Assembly (NCBI GenBank): GCA_965267485.1
Contig: OZ254080.1
Coordinates: forward strand, 3,520,183-3,584,182
Direction: 5' to 3'
Length of the DNA stretch: 64,000 nucleotides
Source of the DNA: Pseudomonadales bacterium
GTDB taxonomy: Bacteria > Pseudomonadota > Gammaproteobacteria > Pseudomonadales > Azotimanducaceae
Shown here in pieces: positions 35,096-43,768 of this stretch. A model generated the notes under the pieces. It was not told the DNA's origin and did not search any database. It saw nothing but the letters and a program-made list of their open reading frames with translations. Position 1 is the stretch's first letter, and each line of letters opens with the position of its first letter. A program made the position numbers and the translations under genes.

Positions 35096-35757
35096 GAGAC
35101 GCCCTGCGCTACCAGCGATCGATTCTTGATGTCGTAGACCCGATCCGATCGCTCGATCACAAGGTCACTCGACGTCGTCATGATGACGCTCATCGGATGC
35201 TCTGCCTGATAGCTTCTGATCGTCTGCATTGTAGCGACAACCACCTCCTCTGACATCCCTCCCTCCAGTTCGTCCACCAGCAGCAGTCCGGGCTCGACGA
35301 CGAGCGCGCGCGCCAGGTTCACCAGCCGGGTCTGCACATCGTTGAGCTGGTGTGGGCTCAGCGTCAGCAGCGAGGCATCGAGGCCAAGCCGTGCGCAGAC
35401 GGTCGTGATCCGGTCTTCGATCTGCGCCTCAGTCAGGTTGGTGTGAAAACGGAGCGGCAGGCTGATGTTCTGGTAAACGGTATAGAGACTGATGAGCCCG
35501 CGTTCTTCGTAGACAAATCCGATCGATGCAGCGACGGCTTCCGAGGCGCCTTGCAGGAGGTTCTCGCCCCGGTAGACGACCTCGCCGCCGCACCCCCGGA
35601 GCAGACCGGCAATCGCCTTCAAGAGGCTGGTGCCACCGTCGAGCACACCCGTCTCGATGGCCACGAGTTCGCCGTCGTCCACCCTCATGTCGATGCCATC
35701 GAGCAGCAGCAGCCCCGGATACTCGACCCGAAGGTCCCGTACCTGCAGCAGACTCAT
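35092..35757 (-). CDS. MlaF-like ABC ATPase with degenerate catalytic motifs
   Basis: ABC fold is recognisable. However, Walker A reads TGVLDGGTS (no Lys), the Q-loop Gln is replaced by Glu, the signature reads LSPHQ, and the H-loop His is absent. Walker B LLLVDE is retained. Confidence 0.72.
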   Translation of the reverse strand: MSLLQVRDLRVEYPGLLLLDGIDMRVDDGELVAIETGVLDGGTSLLKAIAGLLRGCGGEVVYRGENLLQGASEAVAASIGFVYEERGLISLYTVYQNISLPLRFHTNLTEAQIEDRITTVCARLGLDASLLTLSPHQLNDVQTRLVNLARALVVEPGLLLVDELEGGMSEEVVVATMQTIRSYQAEHPMSVIMTTSSDLVIERSDRVYDIKNRSLVAQGVS

Positions 35758-36566
35758 TGCGTGTACGCCAAAAGGGACAGCACGACATTGATCAAGAAGA
35801 ACGCCATGAGCTGCGAGGTGGTCGAGTTCGAGATGGCTTCTGAAACCTCATCGAAGCTTTCGTCGGCCTTGCCGCCGAAGTGAATCGAGATGACGCCGAT
35901 GACCATACCGCCGAGCAACGCCTTGACGATGTTGATGGCCACTTCGTTCATCGTGATCTGGCCGAGAATGTTCGACAGGAATGCGCCGAAGCTGATCGTC
36001 GGATCCGACAGCCAGATGAAGACATACGCCGACAGGATGCACATGAAGTCGAAGTAGATGAACATCAGCAGGAGCGAAATGGGAAACGCAAAGAAGACAG
36101 GCAACAAAAACAGGAACACCGGGTTGATCCCCATGCCCTTGAGCACCTGAAACTCGCGATTGATGCGCAGATATCCGATTTCGGACGTCACGGCCGTCGC
36201 AGAGCGCGAAATCAGGATGATGCCGGAAATCAGCGGGCCGAGTTCCCTGAACACGATGACCACGAACAGGTACCCGTACTGTTCGGCGATGACCGCGCGC
36301 GGGATGTAGTCAAAGAGGCGGGACATCAGCAAGGCGCCGATGAAGATCGCAATCATCCCGTTGACATAGAGCGCACGCACACCGGTCTTGTACAGCTGGC
36401 GCACGAACAACCGGTAAAAAATCTGGCGCCGGTTCGGATAACGGAGATCCGCGGCGGCGGTCAGCGCAACCGAAATGAGGCCGACGATATCGAAGACATA
36501 CGCGAGGGTGTTCCGGTGCCACCTGCCGACGGCACCGACCCAGTCCATCACTGACGATCCAGCCAT
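35754..36566 (-). CDS. MlaE-family ABC permease
   Basis: Motifs RELGPLISGIILISRSATAVTSEIG and MGINP, with multiple TM segments. Confidence 0.85.
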   Translation of the reverse strand: MAGSSVMDWVGAVGRWHRNTLAYVFDIVGLISVALTAAADLRYPNRRQIFYRLFVRQLYKTGVRALYVNGMIAIFIGALLMSRLFDYIPRAVIAEQYGYLFVVIVFRELGPLISGIILISRSATAVTSEIGYLRINREFQVLKGMGINPVFLFLLPVFFAFPISLLLMFIYFDFMCILSAYVFIWLSDPTISFGAFLSNILGQITMNEVAINIVKALLGGMVIGVISIHFGGKADESFDEVSEAISNSTTSQLMAFFLINVVLSLLAYTQ

Positions 36567-37315
36567 GCCGCAACCGCACCTGCGCGCTCGTCATCGCCGA
36601 TTGCCAGCAGCGCGCGCCGGGCACGATCGGCGAATGCACCCGCACGCTCACGGTCGCCTGCCCCGGCAGCGAGCCGCGCAAGTGCAAAGAGCGTATCCGC
36701 GACGCCGCGGGAATCTCCGGCAAGTCGATACATGTCGAGCGCGTTCTGCAACAGATCGCTGCGCGCCGCGGCGAGGCCGGCGCGATACAGCACGAAGGCA
36801 CGGTCTGCGGCGCGCTGCCGGCCATCGTCCAGCAGCGCTGCGGCTCGCTCGGTCTCGTTCAGGTAGGTCAGGGCAACGGCGCGGTCAATGGGATCATCAG
36901 CACGCGATACGACCCGCCGGAACGCGGCTTCGTCACCCAGCGCACGGCCCACGATGATGTCGGTCTCGAAGTCAGCATCCAGCTCGCGCCGGGTGGGTGC
37001 GTCCATCTGCTGCCGGAGCCTGTCGAGCCGGCGGGCTTCGACCTTTGCCGCGTCCACCTCACCCCGGGCGAGCGCATACTGGGCCGCTAGTTTGGTAACG
37101 CGCCACTGCCCGCCCAACTCATCAAGGGACTCATACCGGCTTCGTGCGGCGCTCATCGCCTGCGGAATCAGCCAATAGGCTCGGGTCTCAAAGGCATCGA
37201 GCAGGTTCTGCTCGAGTGGATCGATTGTGGGCGCCTCCTCCTCGGGGCTGCTGGCACAGCCGAGCAGCAGGAGCAGCGCCAGGCTAGGCAGAAGCCGTCT
37301 GGGCCATCTTTTCAT
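36548..37315 (-). CDS. Lipoprotein with TPR-like helical repeats
   Basis: MKRWPRRLLPSLALLLLLGC contains a lipobox. The start at 37315 overlaps the upstream gene by 32 nt. Confidence 0.5.
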   Translation of the reverse strand: MKRWPRRLLPSLALLLLLGCASSPEEEAPTIDPLEQNLLDAFETRAYWLIPQAMSAARSRYESLDELGGQWRVTKLAAQYALARGEVDAAKVEARRLDRLRQQMDAPTRRELDADFETDIIVGRALGDEAAFRRVVSRADDPIDRAVALTYLNETERAAALLDDGRQRAADRAFVLYRAGLAAARSDLLQNALDMYRLAGDSRGVADTLFALARLAAGAGDRERAGAFADRARRALLAIGDDERAGAVAAWLDRQ

Positions 37316-38282
37316 GTTCGCGTTCCAGAATCCGGAGCAAAGCCGGCAGCCGATCAGGCGTGTTGACGTATTTGTCGAGAATATCGCGCGCTTCCTCGAG
37401 ACTCTTTTCACGAAGCAGGAACCGGAAGTTGGCACGCAGCGGCGAGAAGTCTTCCTTGTCGAGCAGCCCCTCGATGAGGTCGGTGAACTCGTCGTATTGC
37501 CCCTGTTCGAACAGGCGTCTCGCCCGACCGAGCTTGTACCGGAGTATCAGCGGCGACATGAGTGAATTCGAGAGGAACGCAGCGAACAGCGCCAGGAACG
37601 TCACGATGAAGTCACCGACCTTGTCTTTCGCGATGCTCATCCACTCCGCGAATTCGGTACTCGTCTGCGCTTCCTCGGTGGTCCGGATTTCCTCGACATA
37701 GCTGCGGGCCTGGCGATCGAAGGGGTCGATCTGCAGGGCCCGGCGAAATGTCACTTCTGCGGCATCAAGGTCGCCCTTGCGATACTGCGCCTCCCCCTTC
37801 GCCGTGAGCAGCACGGCGTTGCCCGGGAACTTCGCGATGGCGAGGTCACCGAGGGCAATCGCGGTGTCGAAGTTGCCGGCGTCGGTGGCCTTCTGGATGG
37901 CAATCGCCGCGAGGTTCAGGCTCGAGGTGAGCCGCTCGAAGCGCCGGTCGATCTCCTCGATGCGCGAGCGGGCATGATCATCGGCAGCATCTGCCGACAG
38001 TTCCAGATATGCCCGTCGTGCGGCTCCGAAACGCTCGCGATCGTACAGGAGGTCGGCATAGTCCCTGAGAATTGTGCGGTTCTTCCGGAACTTGTCCCGC
38101 CCCGCCTCGAGGACATTCAGCGCACTTCGGTAGTCGCCTCGCTCCACCAATTCTGATGAATATTCGACCACCCGCTGGGGCGAAGCGAGCACCTCGGCAT
38201 CGATCGCCGCAGACCGCACCGGCGACGCGAAGGTCACCATGGCGATTGCCAGCAGAATCAGTAGGATAGAGCGTCCAGACAT
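37284..38282 (-). CDS. Bitopic TPR protein (exported TPR domain, one TM segment, cytoplasmic tail)
   Basis: Signal peptide, TPR-like repeats and a TM segment (FIVTFLALFAAFLSNSL). It is the first gene of the minus-strand operon. Confidence 0.58.
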   Translation of the reverse strand: MSGRSILLILLAIAMVTFASPVRSAAIDAEVLASPQRVVEYSSELVERGDYRSALNVLEAGRDKFRKNRTILRDYADLLYDRERFGAARRAYLELSADAADDHARSRIEEIDRRFERLTSSLNLAAIAIQKATDAGNFDTAIALGDLAIAKFPGNAVLLTAKGEAQYRKGDLDAAEVTFRRALQIDPFDRQARSYVEEIRTTEEAQTSTEFAEWMSIAKDKVGDFIVTFLALFAAFLSNSLMSPLILRYKLGRARRLFEQGQYDEFTDLIEGLLDKEDFSPLRANFRFLLREKSLEEARDILDKYVNTPDRLPALLRILEREHEKMAQTASA

Positions 38283-38379
38283 TGTTTTCGCTACAATTGC
38301 TCAAGGCATTCTAACAACTTCGGTTTAGAGCGCACGCAGTCTGCAGCAAGCACTGCGAACAACCACACTCCGGGCCACC

Positions 38380-41238
38380 ATGATCGACTTCCGACACAGC
38401 ATCGCAGGCGTCATCTTCTTGTCCCTCTGCGCTTGCTTCGCCAGCGCACAGAGCCGCGGCATTTCGATCGACCTTCGCGAATCCCCGAGCGCCGACGCGC
38501 CCATCGTCGAAACGGTCCAACTCTACGACGAAAGCTACGCACTGGTCATCGGCATCGACGAGTACACGAACGGATGGCCGCGACTGAGCAATGCCGTCAA
38601 GGACGCGGAGATCGTCGCGCAGGAACTGGAAGCCAAGGGCTTCGAGGTCGAGTTGCACCGGAATCTCGACTCCGAGGAAATGGCCACAACGTTCAAGCGC
38701 TTCTTCACCATCCGCGGCCAGAATCCGAGCGCGCGCCTGTTCGTCTGGTTTGCCGGCCACGGCATGACGATCGAGGGCGAGGGTTATCTCGTGCCGGCAG
38801 ACGCGCCGGTGCCGTCTGACGACCAGAGTATCGGCAACTTCAAGTTCATGGCGTACTTCCTGCGGGACTTTGGCGGCCTGATGCGGGCCGCCCGCTCAAA
38901 GCACGCCTACGCGGTCTTCGATGCCTGTTTCGCAGGCACGGTATTCTCGTCCGCACGTGCCCTGCCCCCACCCGCCATTACCCGCGCAACCACCAAGCCC
39001 GTTCGCCAGTTCCTGACGAGCGGCGATGCGAACCAGGAAGTCTCTGACGACGGCACCTTCCGCGAGCTCTTCGTTCGCGCGATCCGCGGTGACGAGCGTG
39101 CCGATGCCAACAACGACGGCTACGTGACGGCCAGCGAACTCGGCATGTACCTGAATGATCGCGTCACCAACCTCACCGAACAGGCGCAGACGCCCCGATA
39201 CGGCAAGCTGCGCGACAAGAATTTCGACCTGGGCGACTTCGTGTTCGTGCTGCCCGGCACGACACCTTCAGGAGAAGGTGCGCCGACACTGGCCCGCAGC
39301 ACGCCAGACCCGGAGATCATCTTCTGGAATTCGATTCAGGGCAGTGAGGATGTCGGCGAGTTCGATGCCTACATTGCGCAGTACCCGGAAGGAAAGTTTG
39401 CAGAGCTCGCCCAGGCCCGCAAACGCGCCCTGCTCAGAAAGGCCGCGCAGGAACGCGCCGCCGAGGAAGCACGCAAGAATGTCGAGGTCACCTCCGTCGA
39501 CCTCGACATGGAGGCGACATCCACCGCCAACGTCCGCTCGCTGCCGTTCCCCAATGCACCGCGTGTGGGACAACTCCAGGAAGGCGCAGACGTCTGGGTG
39601 ACAGGAGAGGCCCGCACGCCCGGCGGCCTCTGGTACCAGGTTGCAAGGGACGGCGTCGTGCTCGGATTCGTGTACTCGCCGCTGCTCCGATCCGTGACGA
39701 CCGTCGCCGAATATCTGCCGATCGAAATGCTGCCCTTGCCCGAATCCGATGTACTCGTTGCACAGGCCGAGCGTGAGGCCGTGGAAGCCGAAACGGCAAA
39801 GACGCCTGCCGAACAATCAATCGACGACGAATTTTCGGTACTGGTCGATGACCTGCTCGAGCAGGTTGCCGTCGAACAGGAGGCCTCCGCGGCGCCCGCC
39901 GTGGCGTCGAGGGCGATCGAGATGGCGACACCCGTGCAGGGCCTCGAACCCGATCCGGCACTGGCGGAGCCCCCGGTTACCAACGAATCCGCGCTGGTGC
40001 AATCAGACGCGCCCGCAGCCGAGCCGGAGGCCGAGATCGCGCCTGCACGCCTCGCGGCCCCCGATGCCGAACTGATGCCTGCCAGCGACATGGATCAGGC
40101 AATCGCCGCCGCTGAATCTTCCGCGACGACGACACCCGCGGAGCCGCTCGACACAGCAACGACTGGATCTGCGATCGAGACTGAGACTGAGACCATAGCG
40201 TCGGCCGCCAACGAGTCCGATACGGCAGGCGCCGCCGAGCCCTCGCTCGCAGCCGCCGTCGCCACGACCGAATCCGCCGGCGATGGCGAGCACGCCGCTG
40301 CTGACAATGCCGCAGTTGAGCAGATTGCCACCACTGAACCTGAAGCGGCGGCCCCCGCCCCGTCGGAGAACACAAGCGCCGAGACCGATGCACCGGTCGA
40401 GACCACGCCCGCCGTCACCGCGACCGAGCCGTCGGGAGACGCGGAACAGGTCATCGCCATGGTCACCGAGGCCATCACAACGCCTTCGGCACCGCCATCG
40501 AATGCAGCAACTGCCGACGCCGCTGGCGCAGCGGATGACACAAGCGAGCCGGCAGTCGTCGAAACCGTGGCCACCGAACCATCGGCGACCGCCAGCGATG
40601 ATGTACCGCCCGGCCTCAAACGATTCATCGTCGCCGCGCTGTCCGGCGACTCCAAGATTCAGGCCTCACTGGGCTACATGTACGAAACCGGCAGCAATGG
40701 CGTGAGCGTTGATCTCGAAGAGGCCGTTCGCTGGTACACCATGGCCGCCAACAATGGTGAGCCCGGCGCGATGTTCAACCTTGCACTGCTCTACGAGCAC
40801 GGTGAGGGCATCGGCGGGCAGGATCTCACAGAAGCCGCATTCTGGTTCCGCCGGGCGGCCGACTCCGGCGATCTCGACGCGCAGCAGAAGCTCGCCTACA
40901 TGTATGAGCAGGGCCAGGGCGTGATGTCCGATCCAACGGAGGCGGTGTTCTGGTATCGCAAGGCGGCTGTTGCGGGATCGCCAGACGCCCAGCAGAAACT
41001 CGGCTTTATGTACGAGAAGGGCGTGGGCGTTGCGGAAGATCCGCTCGAAGCAGCACGCTGGTACGAGAAGGCTGCCCTTGCCGGTCGGCAGACGGCGCAG
41101 AACAATCTGGCACGCCTCTACCAGCTTGGTATCGGCGTCGACAAGGATCTCGACCGGGCGCGCTACTGGTATGAAAAGTCAGCCGCCCAGGGCAACGATA
41201 TCGCCAACCGGAACCTCGCCAACCTCGAAGGTGAATAA
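38380..41238 (+). CDS. Exported caspase-like (peptidase C14) protein with SH3b, a long acidic low-complexity linker and C-terminal Sel1 repeats
   Basis: Signal peptide ...CFASAQS. Catalytic His in FVWFAGHG and catalytic Cys in VFDACFAG. SH3b-like segment VRSLPFPNAPRVGQLQEGADVWV. About six Sel1 repeats (A..WY.KAA..G...AQ..LG.MY..G.GV). Confidence 0.8.
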   Translation: MIDFRHSIAGVIFLSLCACFASAQSRGISIDLRESPSADAPIVETVQLYDESYALVIGIDEYTNGWPRLSNAVKDAEIVAQELEAKGFEVELHRNLDSEEMATTFKRFFTIRGQNPSARLFVWFAGHGMTIEGEGYLVPADAPVPSDDQSIGNFKFMAYFLRDFGGLMRAARSKHAYAVFDACFAGTVFSSARALPPPAITRATTKPVRQFLTSGDANQEVSDDGTFRELFVRAIRGDERADANNDGYVTASELGMYLNDRVTNLTEQAQTPRYGKLRDKNFDLGDFVFVLPGTTPSGEGAPTLARSTPDPEIIFWNSIQGSEDVGEFDAYIAQYPEGKFAELAQARKRALLRKAAQERAAEEARKNVEVTSVDLDMEATSTANVRSLPFPNAPRVGQLQEGADVWVTGEARTPGGLWYQVARDGVVLGFVYSPLLRSVTTVAEYLPIEMLPLPESDVLVAQAEREAVEAETAKTPAEQSIDDEFSVLVDDLLEQVAVEQEASAAPAVASRAIEMATPVQGLEPDPALAEPPVTNESALVQSDAPAAEPEAEIAPARLAAPDAELMPASDMDQAIAAAESSATTTPAEPLDTATTGSAIETETETIASAANESDTAGAAEPSLAAAVATTESAGDGEHAAADNAAVEQIATTEPEAAAPAPSENTSAETDAPVETTPAVTATEPSGDAEQVIAMVTEAITTPSAPPSNAATADAAGAADDTSEPAVVETVATEPSATASDDVPPGLKRFIVAALSGDSKIQASLGYMYETGSNGVSVDLEEAVRWYTMAANNGEPGAMFNLALLYEHGEGIGGQDLTEAAFWFRRAADSGDLDAQQKLAYMYEQGQGVMSDPTEAVFWYRKAAVAGSPDAQQKLGFMYEKGVGVAEDPLEAARWYEKAALAGRQTAQNNLARLYQLGIGVDKDLDRARYWYEKSAAQGNDIANRNLANLEGE

Positions 41239-41244
41239 CGCTCG

Positions 41245-42582
41245 TTAGCCGCCCAGGCGCATGACGCGCTCGGTGGCCTCTCCATGGCCGCGATCGCTCG
41301 CGCGCCGATACCACGACAGCGCGGTATCACGGTCCCGCTTCACACCCCGACCCCGCTCGTAGAGATTGCCGATCAGGTATTCCGCGTCTGCGTAACCAGA
41401 CTCCGCGGCGAGCGTCAGCCACTCCAGCGCGGTCGCGTAATCCCGGTCGACACCACGCGAATCGATATAGGCGCGGGCCAGCGCTGTCTGGGCCGGCGGG
41501 TATCCCTGCTCGGCCGCCTTTGAATACCAGTCGACGGAGGATTCGTAGTCACGCCGCAGATCGGCAAGACCGTTGTAATAGAGGTTGCCGATGGCCACCT
41601 GCGCCGGTGGGTAGTTCTTCTCGGCCGCCATGCGGAACCAGTTGAGCGCCTCAACATGATCCTCACGGCCGCGGTCGTCCATGTTGCCGCGCTGGTACAT
41701 GAGGCCGACCAGCATCTCCGCTTCGGGGTAACCCTTGTCCACCGCATCGGCGATCTCGTTGCGTGCATCCTGAATCCGGTTCGCGGCAATCAGCGCGCGG
41801 GCATACTGCACCTGGAACCGCACCACCTCCGGGTGGCTTCGCAGCGCATCATTGCAGGTGGGTATCGCGACCTGGGCTGCAATCTGGTCGATCGGGATAC
41901 CGATGTCGCGCGGCTTGCGGTGATAGGCCGCGAGCTCATCACAGGTGTGGGACTCCGGCACTTCAGCCTCGAGCGCCTCCAGCGTCTCGTCAGTCACATC
42001 CCCGTTGACCTCGAGGCCGCGCCGAATCTGGTAAACGGCAAGCGCCTCGCGCGTCGGAATCGTCAGCTCGCCGTTCTCGTCTTCCAGCCGAAAGCCCACC
42101 TGGTACAGATTGCGCTGTGCCTCCCGGATTCTCAGCATTCTCGCCTTCTCGGCACGGCGCGCCATCTCTTCACGTCGCAGGCGCTCCTGTTCCTCGCGCT
42201 CTCGCGCCTGAATCTCGGCCTGCTCACGTACCGCCAGCAGCAGCTCCGTCGCTTCTTCGTAGTAGGTGCCCTCCCGGCCCGTGTTCCGAAGGTAGTACAC
42301 CAGGCGATCACGCGCTTCGAGCGCACGACCGAGGCGATACAGGGCACGGCCCTCGAGGAAATAGAGACTGTCGGGAATCGTGAGCTCGAGCGCGCGGAAC
42401 TGCGGCACGAGATCGACAATGCCCTGATGGTTCTCGTTGCGGATATGGTCGGCCAGCTGCTCCCTCAACAGGTCGATTCGCACTTCGAGCGGAAGTCCTT
42501 CCGATGCGATCTCGGCCGCCTGGCTGCCCATCGACAGCGAAAGGACAACCAGTCCGAGAAGTGTCTTGGTTCGGATATTCAT
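41245..42582 (-). CDS. Exported TPR / coiled-coil / PG_binding_1 / Sel1-repeat protein
   Basis: Signal peptide ...MGSQA. PG-binding-like LAVYQIRRGLEVNGDVTDETLEAL and C-terminal Sel1 repeats. Confidence 0.68.
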   Translation of the reverse strand: MNIRTKTLLGLVVLSLSMGSQAAEIASEGLPLEVRIDLLREQLADHIRNENHQGIVDLVPQFRALELTIPDSLYFLEGRALYRLGRALEARDRLVYYLRNTGREGTYYEEATELLLAVREQAEIQAREREEQERLRREEMARRAEKARMLRIREAQRNLYQVGFRLEDENGELTIPTREALAVYQIRRGLEVNGDVTDETLEALEAEVPESHTCDELAAYHRKPRDIGIPIDQIAAQVAIPTCNDALRSHPEVVRFQVQYARALIAANRIQDARNEIADAVDKGYPEAEMLVGLMYQRGNMDDRGREDHVEALNWFRMAAEKNYPPAQVAIGNLYYNGLADLRRDYESSVDWYSKAAEQGYPPAQTALARAYIDSRGVDRDYATALEWLTLAAESGYADAEYLIGNLYERGRGVKRDRDTALSWYRRASDRGHGEATERVMRLGG

Positions 42583-42599
42583 AGGATTTCCCCGGCGGC

Positions 42600-43715
42600 T
42601 TAGAAGGGGTCGGGCCCCTCACAATAGTCTTTGAGAGTCAGGATACTGCTGGCAAGCTGACGCAGGTCTTCGGCGCGATTGGCGTCCGTTGTGAACCGCC
42701 AGCGGTCTGTATTGAATTCGCCATCCGACGTTGTATGCAGCTTGTCGTTCAGTTCGAGTACCACGGATGCCCAGCCTTCGCCGGAAACACGCACCTGGCT
42801 GATGCTCCTCACGTCCTGCGTGAGGTCGAGATTGGCGCGGCGGGTCGCCTTGACCGGGCGTGCGTCACCACCGCACACGAACTCGTGGGACGACTCGCTG
42901 CGAAAGTTGAGCTGGCAGGTTCCCCGGGACTGCACCCAGTTGGCGACGACCCGGTTCTGCTCGCATTCGTGGGACGGTGCCTGGTATTCGGCAAGCGATG
43001 CGGCAATGAGCGTGACGACGTTGTTGACGGCCATGCGCGCACGTTCATCCTGTTGTTCCTGTTCGAGGTCGGCAATCTGCTCGGGCGTCAGCGCCTGCGG
43101 CGCCTCCGGCTCGGGTTCCGACGATGCCTCACCGCCGCTGGCGGCCTGGTCGATGGCTTCGGCCAAGAGCGAGTCGAGAGACAGATCGCCACTCGCGGGA
43201 CGGGACGAATCGGAGGACGGTGTCGGCGCAATGGTCGCCAGCGCACCGACATCGGCCGTGACCTCAAAACCCTCGATCTGCAGCGACTCGCCAAAAATGC
43301 GCCTTGCCGCATCCGGTGGCTCACAGAACGAGCCATCCTCAGGGCGCTCGCAAAACAGCAGGGCCCACATTGGCGACTCGGTGGCCGTCTCGCCGAAATC
43401 ACTGCCTGCGCGACCAATGAGCGGCGTGAGCTTGATGTAGCGCAGCGAATCGTCCTGTAGCCGGACCTGCAGCCACACGCTGGTGAGACCAGACAGGCAG
43501 TCCGAAGCGGTGTTGGGCCCGGCGTCCCAGCGCACACTGGACGTCAGCAGCGGCTCGCCAAAGGCCTCATCGAGGCGTGCCCGGACAGACATTTCGGAAA
43601 TATTGCAGAGCGATGCCCGAAAGTTTTCGCGCGTCACCATTTCGCTGACCGCTGCCCAGGAAGGCAGCGATGCAAAAAGTACGGTTATTCCCAACAGGCA
43701 CTGAATGCTTCGCAT
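42600..43715 (-). CDS. Hypothetical exported protein
   Basis: Signal peptide MRSIQCLLGITVLFASLPSWA. No family recognised. Confidence 0.5.
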   Translation of the reverse strand: MRSIQCLLGITVLFASLPSWAAVSEMVTRENFRASLCNISEMSVRARLDEAFGEPLLTSSVRWDAGPNTASDCLSGLTSVWLQVRLQDDSLRYIKLTPLIGRAGSDFGETATESPMWALLFCERPEDGSFCEPPDAARRIFGESLQIEGFEVTADVGALATIAPTPSSDSSRPASGDLSLDSLLAEAIDQAASGGEASSEPEPEAPQALTPEQIADLEQEQQDERARMAVNNVVTLIAASLAEYQAPSHECEQNRVVANWVQSRGTCQLNFRSESSHEFVCGGDARPVKATRRANLDLTQDVRSISQVRVSGEGWASVVLELNDKLHTTSDGEFNTDRWRFTTDANRAEDLRQLASSILTLKDYCEGPDPF

Positions 43716-43768
43716 AGCGGGCTAGTTTATCGTCGCGACCACCACCATGCCAGCGAGGCGCCGCCTGA

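Noticed and set aside
38311-38760. 149-aa minus-strand ORF at the divergent promoter region
   Set aside because: It is antisense to the 5' part of the caspase-like gene, which has a clear signal peptide and C14 motifs. There is no independent support.
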